Assembly: GCA_964490105.1 (NCBI GenBank) | Contig: CAZAZU010000001.1 | Coordinates: 155,440-219,439 of the forward strand | Reading direction: 5' to 3' | From: an uncultured Gammaproteobacteria bacterium | Lineage (GTDB): Bacteria > Patescibacteriota > Microgenomatia > Levybacterales > UBA12049 | Length of the DNA stretch: 64,000 nt | Part shown: in pieces, positions 9,573-17,802 of the stretch | Layout of the letters: the number at the start of each line of letters is the position of its first letter | Numbering within the stretch: the stretch's first letter is position 1 | The notes under the pieces: model-generated | Told to the model about the DNA's origin: nothing | Seen by the model: only the letters and a program-made list of their open reading frames with translations | The model's database searches: none | Program-made: the position numbers and the translations under genes

Positions 9573-11310
9573 TTTCCTCTTCGATCTTTTGTAAAAAATG
9601 AGAAAGCTCTAGATTTCCCAGGTCTTCCCCATTTCTACCTCTAATTGAAACACTGTTATTTTCAATTTCTTTGTCCCCTATTATACCTAAGTATGGCGTT
9701 TTTTGCAAAGTTGCTTCTCGAATCTTGGCCTGAAGCCTCTCTGACCTAAAATCTACCTCTGCTCGAATACCACTAGAAATGAGCTCATCAGCCACTTTTT
9801 GAGAGTATTCATTATGCTTATCAGCGATTGGGAGAAGTTTAACCTGGATTGGACTAAGCCACACAGGAAATGCGCCGGCATAGTGTTCTGTAAGAATTCC
9901 CAGGAATCTTTCAAACGAGCCGTAGATAGCTCTATGTAGGACCACAGGGGTAATTTCATTACCTGTCTGATCGATGTATCCTAGCTTAAAGTTCTTTGGC
10001 TGCTGAAAGTCTAACTGAATAGTTCCTGTTTGCCATTCTCGTCCTAAGGAATCTTTCATGAGGATGTCCACTTTCGGTCCGTAAAATGCACCTTCCCCCT
10101 CTTCGGTTACGTATTCTTTTCCTGATTTATCTAAAACTACCTGCAGTGCTTTTTCCGCGGCATCCCAATCTGTACTTTCTCCCATAAAGTTATCTGGTCT
10201 TGTTCCAAAGCGAAGTCTATATGAAAGATTGAAAGCTTTATAAAGTTCTTCTATCATATCCATAATATTTTCAAACTCTTCTTCGACTTGACCTGTTGTT
10301 AAGAAAATATGAGCATCGTCCTGATGAAATTCGCGCGCTCTAAAGAGTCCGTTTAAAGTACCGCTTGGTTCAAATCTATGAAGTGCTGAAGTTTCAGAAA
10401 ATCTTAATGGGAGATTTTTATAGGATCTTAGAGTCATAGAAAAAACGTTCATAGCATTAGGGCAGTTCATAGGTTTTATTCCGAATACTTCTGTTCCAGT
10501 GAGTGGCTCGCTAGAGTCTTCTCTTAAGAAGGACATTGGGGACAAAAACATGTCGTCTCTGTAATGCGACCAGTGTCCAGAAATTTCATAAAGGGTTTTC
10601 TTATTTAGAATTGGTGTTGATATTTCTTTATATCCATATTTTCTGTGCACCGCTCTTGAGAAATTTAAAAGATTGTTGTAAAGAATAAAACCGTTTGGGA
10701 GGAAGTAAGGCATACCCGGTGACGTTTCATGGAACATGAATAATTCCAGATCAACACCAATTTTTTTATGATCTCTTTTCTTTGCTTCTTCAAGTATTTG
10801 AAGATACTCATCAAGCTCTTCTTTTGTAGAAAAACTTGTTCCATAGATTCTGGTCAGCATTTTATTTTTTTCGCTTCCCCGCCAATATGCACCAGCTAAA
10901 GAAAGAAGCTTAAATGCACCGATGTCCCGTGCAGGATTTTCGCTGTGTCCGCCACGACAGAGATCTTCAAAATTTCCCGCTTTATAAAATGAAATCTTCT
11001 CCCCTTTTTCTACTATTTCATCTACTAATTCTTGTTTGTATTTATTATTTTTATAAAATTCCTTCGCTTCTTCCGCAGTTACTTCTCGGTGAGAAAAAGA
11101 ATCCCAGGTTGGCAAAATTTCCGCCATTTTTTTTTCAATTTTTGGAAGATCTTCTTCAGAAATGGGATTTTTAAAATCCAAATCATAATAAAAACCAGTA
11201 TCAATCGAAGGGCCTATTGTTAAAAGAGTATCAGGATAGAGATCTAAAATAGCTGCAGCAAGAAGATGCGCAGTCGAGTGTCTTATATTTGAAAGGTGTG
11301 CTTCGTTCAT
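9556..11310 (-). CDS. thrS: Threonine--tRNA ligase (no N-terminal TGS domain; likely start 11310)
   Basis: RHSTAHLL, DLCRGGH, KPMNCP, GAFYGPK, HRAIYGSFERF; TTGCTA-17-TAAAAT-7-ATG. Confidence 0.97.
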   Translation of the reverse strand: MNEAHLSNIRHSTAHLLAAAILDLYPDTLLTIGPSIDTGFYYDLDFKNPISEEDLPKIEKKMAEILPTWDSFSHREVTAEEAKEFYKNNKYKQELVDEIVEKGEKISFYKAGNFEDLCRGGHSENPARDIGAFKLLSLAGAYWRGSEKNKMLTRIYGTSFSTKEELDEYLQILEEAKKRDHKKIGVDLELFMFHETSPGMPYFLPNGFILYNNLLNFSRAVHRKYGYKEISTPILNKKTLYEISGHWSHYRDDMFLSPMSFLREDSSEPLTGTEVFGIKPMNCPNAMNVFSMTLRSYKNLPLRFSETSALHRFEPSGTLNGLFRAREFHQDDAHIFLTTGQVEEEFENIMDMIEELYKAFNLSYRLRFGTRPDNFMGESTDWDAAEKALQVVLDKSGKEYVTEEGEGAFYGPKVDILMKDSLGREWQTGTIQLDFQQPKNFKLGYIDQTGNEITPVVLHRAIYGSFERFLGILTEHYAGAFPVWLSPIQVKLLPIADKHNEYSQKVADELISSGIRAEVDFRSERLQAKIREATLQKTPYLGIIGDKEIENNSVSIRGRNGEDLGNLELSHFLQKIEEEIDKKV

Positions 11311-11349
11311 CTTTGGGATTTTAGCAAGCGCCGGTCTTTTTAGCAATCC

Positions 11350-11430
11350 TTATGCGTAATATTGATATGACCAAATAAAAGGCATTACTGGCGCAAGTAA
11401 AATTAGAAGAGTTAAAATTTTTTTTATCAT
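11350..11430 (-). CDS. Candidate 26-aa hydrophobic peptide MIKKILTLLILLAPVMPFIWSYQYYA
   Basis: ATGA overlap with the stop of the upstream gene; TM-like composition. Confidence 0.4.
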   Translation of the reverse strand: MIKKILTLLILLAPVMPFIWSYQYYA

Positions 11431-11654
11431 CTAGGTAGTTGATTGCTGCTAGTTAAGACATAGTTGAGTACTCCAGCTACAAATTCCCCCACAATTGGGA
11501 TGAAATCAATATGAGACGATATGAATGCTATAGCTGCAAGGAAAATGGATAATCCTATTGTGACTCCGATTCCCCAAGCGATTCCACCCAGAAAGTTATT
11601 TGTGATAATCTGCTTTCTGCTTCTATAGATATGTTCACTTTTAGATTCGCTCAT
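11427..11654 (-). CDS. Small membrane protein (DUF5665-like)
   Basis: NFLGGIAWGIGVTIG...IPIVGEF pattern. Confidence 0.7.
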   Translation of the reverse strand: MSESKSEHIYRSRKQIITNNFLGGIAWGIGVTIGLSIFLAAIAFISSHIDFIPIVGEFVAGVLNYVLTSSNQLPR

Positions 11655-11685
11655 AATCTAGTTTAGGCAAAAATGTTAACACTTG

Positions 11686-12255
11686 TCAAAGATTTAAGTC
11701 TCCTGAGATTTTCTGCATAGAAGTTAGCGCAATTTTAACAAATTCAGGCAGGGGGATTTTAAGAGCTGTCTCGCAAGATTTCATTTGTTCCCTGTTGGCT
11801 CCCTTTGCAAAATTTGGCTCATTGAATCTTTTTAAAACAAAATCGACATCTACTTTTGCAAGTTTTTTATCTGGATGAATTAAAGTAGCCGCGATGATAA
11901 GTCCAGATAGTTCGTCACAAGCATAAATGCTCCAGTCCATAAGAGATTTTGGTGTGGCTCCTGTTTTCCCAAAATTATGAGCTTTTATGGCATAAACTAC
12001 ATCTGCGTCTAGTTTATCTTTTAATTTTTCTTCAGCCACGAGTCCATGTTTTTCCGGATTATCTTTTGTGAGTTCATAATCGACATCGTGTATAAGGCCT
12101 GTTACTCCCCATTTGTTTAATAAAATTTCATCTGCGTTTGGGTTAAGCTTTTTGCAAAGCTCAATCATGATAGCCTCACATGCAAGCATGTGCTTTATCA
12201 AGTTTTGATTCTTAACATAGCTATTTAATGTTTCAATCGCGTCAGCTCTAGTCAT
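11686..12255 (-). CDS. HD/HDIG-domain phosphohydrolase
   Basis: KHMLA, GLIHDVD, HG, AH, ACDELSGLI. Confidence 0.88.
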   Translation of the reverse strand: MTRADAIETLNSYVKNQNLIKHMLACEAIMIELCKKLNPNADEILLNKWGVTGLIHDVDYELTKDNPEKHGLVAEEKLKDKLDADVVYAIKAHNFGKTGATPKSLMDWSIYACDELSGLIIAATLIHPDKKLAKVDVDFVLKRFNEPNFAKGANREQMKSCETALKIPLPEFVKIALTSMQKISGDLNL

Positions 12256-12321
12256 AATTTAATTGTACCATAGGCTTAAGCGTTTGCTCCTCCAAGCTTA
12301 GTTTGTTAAAATAAGCGGATT

Positions 12322-12395
12322 GGAGTTGTAGCTCAGTTGGTTAGAGCGCAGCATTGACATTGCTGAGGTCACAGGTTCGAATCCTGTCAGCTCCA
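12322..12395 (+). tRNA. tRNA-Val(GAC)
   Basis: Cloverleaf; anticodon arm CAGCA-TTGACAT-TGCTG; GGTTCGAATCC. Confidence 0.95.
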
Positions 12396-12410
12396 CAAAC
12401 AATTTTTGGA

Positions 12411-12665
12411 TTATCTTACTTCTTCGAAAGTTCTCCATCCTTGATCGTTTCTGGCAACATCTTTTACCTGTACTCCAAAGTTACCTCCGTATGTGCGTCT
12501 ATAATAAGACGGTTTGTCTTTAGGAGCACCGGATTCTATTTGATCGTAACGTAGAGCACTAAAAACTAAAGGTGCGCCAGCTCTCTCAGTTCCTGTATGA
12601 GAAAATCTGCTTGGTATTCTAAAGCTTGCTTCTGCTCCCGTTATTTGTCCTTCTTTTATCATCAT
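12411..12665 (-). CDS. Orphan small protein, gene 4 of the attenuated cassette
   Basis: ORF with SD AAGGGGGTG. Confidence 0.6.
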   Translation of the reverse strand: MMIKEGQITGAEASFRIPSRFSHTGTERAGAPLVFSALRYDQIESGAPKDKPSYYRRTYGGNFGVQVKDVARNDQGWRTFEEVR

Positions 12666-12693
12666 AATCACCCCCTTTTTAATTTAAATATTT

Positions 12694-12903
12694 TTACCTG
12701 CCTCTCTGCCCGCTATTTCTAATTTTTCTATTTGATGTTCCCGGAACGGGCCCCCGGCTTCTTCTTTCCTGCCCTGGTTGAATCACTCTTCCATTTGGCC
12801 CAATCGTTAAATCTCCCACGAATCTTTGTTGCGGTCTGGGTCTGTCAAACCCTTGTCTGCTGCTAAAGCCTGGATCTTGACCAAATCTATTACTTCCTTC
12901 CAT
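12694..12903 (-). CDS. Orphan Arg/Gly/Pro-rich small protein, gene 3
   Basis: ORF with SD GGAGGAGGTGA. Confidence 0.6.
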   Translation of the reverse strand: MEGSNRFGQDPGFSSRQGFDRPRPQQRFVGDLTIGPNGRVIQPGQERRSRGPVPGTSNRKIRNSGQRGR

Positions 12904-12905
12904 AT

Positions 12906-13271
12906 TTATTCACCTCCTCCAGCTGTTAGCTCTTCTAATAATGTTCCTGACGAAAAAACTACATGATTTGGAAAAACTTGTGCTCCCGATTGGGCAATTC
13001 CATATCGATCTTTGTCTCTCGCAACTTGTTCAGCAAGCCAGTCAACGGCAGCGACTTGATCCGGTGGGTTTCCTCTCTCAACCTTAAAGCTTAATCTAGG
13101 AGTTTCTTCTCCTTCTCTAAGCCAAACTTCTCGAGTTATAAATGTATCTCCAAGAAAACGGACTTCAAATTGGCCTCCTCTGTTAACCTTTCCATATAGT
13201 TTAAAAAGAGTTGGTTTGACTGGCTCTTTGGTCACATGATGTATTGATGAATCGTAGGCTTCGTTAGTCAT
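12906..13271 (-). CDS. Orphan protein, gene 2
   Basis: ORF overlapping gene 1 by 8 nt; SD GAAGGA. Confidence 0.65.
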   Translation of the reverse strand: MTNEAYDSSIHHVTKEPVKPTLFKLYGKVNRGGQFEVRFLGDTFITREVWLREGEETPRLSFKVERGNPPDQVAAVDWLAEQVARDKDRYGIAQSGAQVFPNHVVFSSGTLLEELTAGGGE

Positions 13272-13497
13272 AATTTCCTTCTCCCATCGGCGAATAAACA
13301 GCAGACATCAGTTGAGCTTTTTCTCTTGGATGTACAGGCATTACTAATGTTTCGTTCCCATGTTGTGAATCAAATACCACATTTATTTCAGAAACCTTTC
13401 CTCCAAGAGTCGAATTTATTGTCCCGCTAGTACCTGCTACTTCCGTTGGAATCATAAATCCTAAATTTCTATAATTTTCTTTCGCCATTGAGTCCAT
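13264..13497 (-). CDS. Orphan 77-aa protein, gene 1 (possibly ACT-like fold)
   Basis: ORF with SD GAAAGGA, directly after the attenuator. Confidence 0.65.
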   Translation of the reverse strand: MDSMAKENYRNLGFMIPTEVAGTSGTINSTLGGKVSEINVVFDSQHGNETLVMPVHPREKAQLMSAVYSPMGEGNYD

Positions 13498-13540
13498 AAT
13501 AATTTTCCTTTCAAAGTCGGAATCGCTTTGAATTCTGACT

Positions 13541-13635
13541 AAACCACAAAAAAACCTCCCGTCTGGGAGGCTGTCCTGGTTGCGTATTTGTCTTACTTAC
13601 GCGTCAGACTTACCCCCCTTAAGGGATTTAAGAAT
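13541..13635 (-). promoter_or_regulatory. Transcription attenuator paralogous to 7457-7540
   Basis: GGGGGGT pairs with TCCC upstream or with GCCTCCC of the terminator GCCTCCC-AGAC-GGGAGG-T7. Confidence 0.85.
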
Positions 13636-13665
13636 GACGAGAATAAGATTTTTTATCGCTTGCAT
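13597..13665 (-). CDS. Leu/Ile/Val-rich leader peptide MQAIKNLILVILKSLKGGKSDA (IlvL-like)
   Basis: Six consecutive branched-chain codons LILVIL; TTGACA-18-TATTAT-7-ATG promoter. Confidence 0.8.
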   Translation of the reverse strand: MQAIKNLILVILKSLKGGKSDA

Positions 13666-13710
13666 GAAAAGTATAATAGCAATTTAATATTTACTGTGTC
13701 AAGAGGAGTT

Positions 13711-14370
13711 TTATCCTGTTTGAGTAGCCGCGGTTCTTTCGTTAGAAAGAGTGAATGAGGTTCCGCCTTTTTTAGCCATAGCGCCGTATTGACGTGAAGC
13801 TTTTTTACTTCTTAAAGCATGGAACCAAGCTAAGGAATCTTCTACGTTCATTCGGGCATCTCTAATCCACTTTAGGACTTCTTCCATGAAGTTAAGATGA
13901 TAAACGCCAGGGTTTTCACCGATTTGTTCGATAGTTAAGACTTGTACTTTTTCTTTGAGTTCGCCTGAGCTATTGGCAAGCTGTTTTATCTCAATCAAGA
14001 TTTCCTGCACTTTAACCGCGATTTCTTGATTTTCTGAAGAGGCTCCTCTTTCTGAAGCATGAACTATATCTCTATGGTAACTATTTCCAGCCTCAACATG
14101 AGGTTTTGAGTGCTCTTTATTGCTTTCGCCGTGGTTTACTTCAACTTCTTCGCCTGCATGCATTTCCGTTTCCCCACCATGATGGTCATCATGAGACTTA
14201 TCAGCACCTAAAAATTGATCCCATGCATCAAAAACTAAGTCCTTTCCGGCATCGGTTTTTATTGATTTAACCACGTCATTACCCATACCCATTAAGGCTT
14301 CGAATGGATTTTCGTCTATATATTGTTTCGGCTCTTTTTTGCCGCCACTTTTTAGCTTTGGAAGTTGCAT
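13711..14370 (-). CDS. Conserved hypothetical protein (DUF5660-like, from memory of CPR families)
   Basis: PGVYHLNF..., C-terminal GTSFTLSNER..TQTG. Confidence 0.6.
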   Translation of the reverse strand: MQLPKLKSGGKKEPKQYIDENPFEALMGMGNDVVKSIKTDAGKDLVFDAWDQFLGADKSHDDHHGGETEMHAGEEVEVNHGESNKEHSKPHVEAGNSYHRDIVHASERGASSENQEIAVKVQEILIEIKQLANSSGELKEKVQVLTIEQIGENPGVYHLNFMEEVLKWIRDARMNVEDSLAWFHALRSKKASRQYGAMAKKGGTSFTLSNERTAATQTG

Positions 14371-14387
14371 AACTCGCACCTAATCTA

Positions 14388-15284
14388 TCACAGGCCTTTT
14401 AAGAAATCAAGCGTTTTTTGCTGCCTGATAATTGAGGCTAAAAGATATTTATTTGCCCTAAGACTTTCCTTCTCTTGGGGAGGGGCATTTTCTATAGTTT
14501 TTTCAATATCAGCTTCTTCTGCTGTAATTTTTTCTGATTCAGCTATTTTCTGAAGTATAAATTCAAGCTTTAAGTCAGTGTTTGCTTTTACAGCTGATTC
14601 GGCTCTTAAATCTTCAGCTGTTTTTTTAGTTGAAGCCAGATATTGATCCAAATTCATACCTAATTTCTTAATTTCTTCAAGAGTCTGAGTTAAAAGCCTA
14701 TCTACTTCTCTTTCTACCAAAACCTGAGGTACCGTAACCTTTACGTTTTCCAGAAGAGATTTTACGATCTCGTCAAAGCGAGGCGCTTCTTGTTCTTTTC
14801 CAGGAACTACGATCTTGCTCTTAGCGGTAATTTTTTTAACTTCATCTTTATAGTTTCCAAGTTCAACTACTGGAGCCTCACAAGTTATAGCATGAAATTC
14901 CCAGTTTTTTCCTTCTTCTAAAGCTTCATCTACATGAATTCTAGGATCAATTATGGGCTTTACATTATTATCTTTAACAGCCTGTGCATATACAGCAGGA
15001 AGAAGATGTCTGACGACCTCATCTCTAATCTTTGCTTTATCAAGACTACCTTCAACTAGGTTTTTAGGAGCTTTTCCTTTCCTGAAGCCTGGAAGATTGG
15101 TATTTTTTGCCATCTCTTCTACGACAAGATCCCAAACTACCTTAGCTTTATCCCATGGAATAGTAAGTCTGAATTCTATGGTGCCATCTGAAGTTTTTAA
15201 GAATGGTTTTTTAACTGCTTCAGAATCTGCTGCTGCAACTGGTGTTTTAACTTTTGATTTAACTGTTTTAGTTTTTCCTGCCAT
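14388..15284 (-). CDS. tig: Trigger factor lacking the PPIase domain (start MAGKT at 15284)
   Basis: PGFRKGKAP motif; follows tRNA-Leu; the ORF-track start runs into the tRNA. Confidence 0.92.
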   Translation of the reverse strand: MAGKTKTVKSKVKTPVAAADSEAVKKPFLKTSDGTIEFRLTIPWDKAKVVWDLVVEEMAKNTNLPGFRKGKAPKNLVEGSLDKAKIRDEVVRHLLPAVYAQAVKDNNVKPIIDPRIHVDEALEEGKNWEFHAITCEAPVVELGNYKDEVKKITAKSKIVVPGKEQEAPRFDEIVKSLLENVKVTVPQVLVEREVDRLLTQTLEEIKKLGMNLDQYLASTKKTAEDLRAESAVKANTDLKLEFILQKIAESEKITAEEADIEKTIENAPPQEKESLRANKYLLASIIRQQKTLDFLKGL

Positions 15285-15301
15285 ATTTATTCCCCTTAGT
15301 G

Positions 15302-15382
15302 TGCGGATGAGAGGACTCGAACCCCCATGCCTTACGGCACATGGTCCTAAACCATGCGCGTCTACCATTCCGCCACATCCGC
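15302..15382 (-). tRNA. tRNA-Leu(TAG)
   Basis: CATGG-TTTAGGA-CCATG arm, long variable arm. Confidence 0.95.
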
Positions 15383-15430
15383 GTCAGACCTTACGAGCAT
15401 TATAGCCTAATCTAAGGCTACAGACAAGCT

Positions 15431-15982
15431 TTATAGGGCTAGCGCAAGTGTAGACTTGGCATTCTTTAACCTATATTCTTCCATTCTATTCATAAAAAAT
15501 GTTACTCTTACAGCCCAAGTTGGAGATGATGCGTACGTAGGCCCGATTATATATGGATCAGAATACTGACCATCTTTAAGGTATCTTGTTCTAAGCCCAT
15601 GAGAGATTGTTTCAATACCTTCAGACCACGATTCAAACCTAATTACATTATCTCCATAAACTCCCCATCCCCATCCGTTATATGACTGATAAGGAATCCT
15701 TTTTCCAAAGGTAGACTCTAATCCTGCAATCGAGGCTACAAGTCTCCAGTCAAGATCGTATTGGTCAGCGTACTTAATAAAATCACCTGCGTAAGGCGCA
15801 AGGGGTGAATCATACTGAAGTAAGAATCCTTCAAGTATTCTAGCTCTGTCATCTACCACCAATGGAGATATTTCAGAAGCAAGTTTAGCCGATGAACCTG
15901 ATGCCTGGTTAGAGGCATAAGAGTTATCAGTGCTTATTAAAAGCAGTACTATTGTTGAAATTATTGCTAGAAGTTTTTTCAT
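15431..15982 (-). CDS. Secreted lysozyme-fold/glucosaminidase-like protein
   Basis: Signal peptide; SPL..YA...AD.Y.LDWRLVASIAGLES..G...SYNGWGWG. Confidence 0.7.
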   Translation of the reverse strand: MKKLLAIISTIVLLLISTDNSYASNQASGSSAKLASEISPLVVDDRARILEGFLLQYDSPLAPYAGDFIKYADQYDLDWRLVASIAGLESTFGKRIPYQSYNGWGWGVYGDNVIRFESWSEGIETISHGLRTRYLKDGQYSDPYIIGPTYASSPTWAVRVTFFMNRMEEYRLKNAKSTLALAL

Positions 15983-16193
15983 ACTTTATTGGTTTACTAA
16001 ACTTTTGTGTTTAGATTTACTCCCCACTCTGCTTCTGCTTTGCGGGGTAAACCAATAAAAAATCCTAACGTGAGCATTTGGAAAGGCGCACCTTAGGATC
16101 TAGAACGAAGTGTATCATATAACTATAGGACTTGTCAAGATACCGCTATAGGTTTGTTTATTATTTTTGAGGCTAAATAAGGATTATCTGAGG

Positions 16194-16766
16194 TTATTTG
16201 AGCTCATTCATGAAGCTAGTTACGTTTTCTGCCCAGTTATTAGTATTACTTGGATTATACAGTCTTGCTATCTCAAAAGGAGTAACTAGTCCTCTGTCTC
16301 TATATTTTGTAGAAAGTGTTTTGGTGATGGTTTCAATTGCATGAGGATAGTTGCTGAATTTTGTTACTTTAGTGCCATAAATACCCCATCCCCAACAGTT
16401 ATAAGATTCTTTAATTATTCTTTTACAGGCGCCTGATTCCTGAACTGAAATAGCCGGAAGAAGTCTAAAGTCTATATCGTATCTTTCTGCAGCAGCTACG
16501 ATATCAGGTGCGTAAGGCTCTAACGGAGAATTTTTTTTAGCTAAATATTGTCTTACAATCTCGACTTTAGAGTCCTCTTCTATAATAGTATTTTCAATTG
16601 TGTTATCCGCAGGAGGAAGAGCTGCATATGCAATTCCCTGTGTGCTTTCAGAAAGGATTTGGCCTGAGCTTTTAAGAGCCGTAATATGTAATAAATAAGC
16701 TAGGGTTAAAAAGAGAAAAACTGGGGTTCCGAGAAAAAAACCCATTAGGACAGCGAGCTTTTTCAT
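16194..16766 (-). CDS. Membrane-anchored lysozyme-fold/glucosaminidase-like protein (paralog of 15431)
   Basis: SPLEPYA..IDFRLLPAISVQES...SYNCWGWG. Confidence 0.7.
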   Translation of the reverse strand: MKKLAVLMGFFLGTPVFLFLTLAYLLHITALKSSGQILSESTQGIAYAALPPADNTIENTIIEEDSKVEIVRQYLAKKNSPLEPYAPDIVAAAERYDIDFRLLPAISVQESGACKRIIKESYNCWGWGIYGTKVTKFSNYPHAIETITKTLSTKYRDRGLVTPFEIARLYNPSNTNNWAENVTSFMNELK

Positions 16767-16871
16767 CAGATTATTTTGTCAATTTAGATTGATTTTGTCA
16801 ACTGAACCAAAGTAGTTCAAACTACTAAGAAGTTGAGTAACTGAGCTCGTTTTGATATACTCCCATTGTTC

Positions 16872-16943
16872 GCGGATGTAGTTCAGCGGTAGAATGTCTC
16901 GTTGCCAACGAGAAGGTCGCCGGTTCGATCCCGGTCATCCGCT
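16872..16943 (+). tRNA. tRNA-Gly(GCC)
   Basis: TCTCG-TTGCCAA-CGAGA arm; U73. Confidence 0.95.
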
Positions 16944-16949
16944 CATTAG

Positions 16950-17765
16950 TTATTGAGAATATCCTCTAGATCTTGCAAGGCTTAAAGCTTTTTCGCTGTC
17001 TCCGCCATATGATTTAAGTCCCTGCTCTACTCCTCCGTGTTTGGAAATGTAATTTGCGGCTCCATGTATAGCATCGACTGCATTATTTATGTCCATATTT
17101 CCATCACCATTTCCATCTGCTCCGTACGCTGTCCATGTGCTAGGCATGAATTGAAGTGGACCTTGAGCGCCTGTTCCATAACCTGAAGAAATGGCTCCGT
17201 CGCGCCCGCCTGTTTCCATATGATGCAACCCATAAAGGATTTCCCAAGGAACACCGTATTTAGCTCCAGCCTCCTTATAAACATTATCGAATGAGCTTGG
17301 TGGACCCTGATTGACGGAAGATGTTTGGGTACCGATAACTTCTTGGGAAGGGTTGGCAGGCGTAGGAGTTGGTGATGGATCTGTAATTTCTTTATAAATT
17401 GCTGCAAGTTTTTCTGACGGATCTTCGACTGTTTCAGGTTTAATTTTCGAGATATTTAGTTCCCAGCCGCTTCTAATTAATCTCGGGTCTTCTATAAAAT
17501 CATTATCATTCCATAGATTTATCCAGAATTTTTGGTCACCATAGTATTCTTCTGCGATTGTATATAAAGTTTCCCCAGATTCAATTACATGATGTATCGG
17601 AGTTGGGGTTGGCGGGACTCTGGTGGGTGTAGGTGTAGCGGATTTAGAGGGAGTAGGTTGAGGTGTCGAGGTTTCATCCGGCGTGGGTGCCGAAATTGGC
17701 TTAAATACTGCCAAAAGAAAGATAGCTCCTGCGACTATGCCTCCCATAAAAACAAATACTAACAA
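16950..17765 (-). CDS. LysM plus lytic transglycosylase (SLT-like) protein; start uncertain
   Basis: LysM HVIESGETLYTIA; ETG...GAQGPLQFMPSTW...DGNGDG...DAIHGAANY. Confidence 0.85.
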   Translation of the reverse strand: MLVFVFMGGIVAGAIFLLAVFKPISAPTPDETSTPQPTPSKSATPTPTRVPPTPTPIHHVIESGETLYTIAEEYYGDQKFWINLWNDNDFIEDPRLIRSGWELNISKIKPETVEDPSEKLAAIYKEITDPSPTPTPANPSQEVIGTQTSSVNQGPPSSFDNVYKEAGAKYGVPWEILYGLHHMETGGRDGAISSGYGTGAQGPLQFMPSTWTAYGADGNGDGNMDINNAVDAIHGAANYISKHGGVEQGLKSYGGDSEKALSLARSRGYSQ

Positions 17766-17802
17766 AGATAAAAGGGGGAGTCAATGTCCTCAAGTAATTT
17801 AA

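Noticed and set aside
6601-13497. Prophage origin for the small orphan ORFs
   Set aside because: There are no integrase, structural or replication genes, and the orphans are interleaved with core translation genes.
7457-13665. T-box riboswitch interpretation of the two leaders
   Set aside because: There is no TGGNACC T-box or stem I features; the leader ORFs with clustered codons fit ribosome-mediated attenuation better.
17765-17790. Possible 1-nt frameshift in a C5 run at the start of the LysM-SLT gene
   Set aside because: In-frame TTG and ATG starts exist downstream, so it cannot be distinguished from simple start ambiguity without reads or orthologs.
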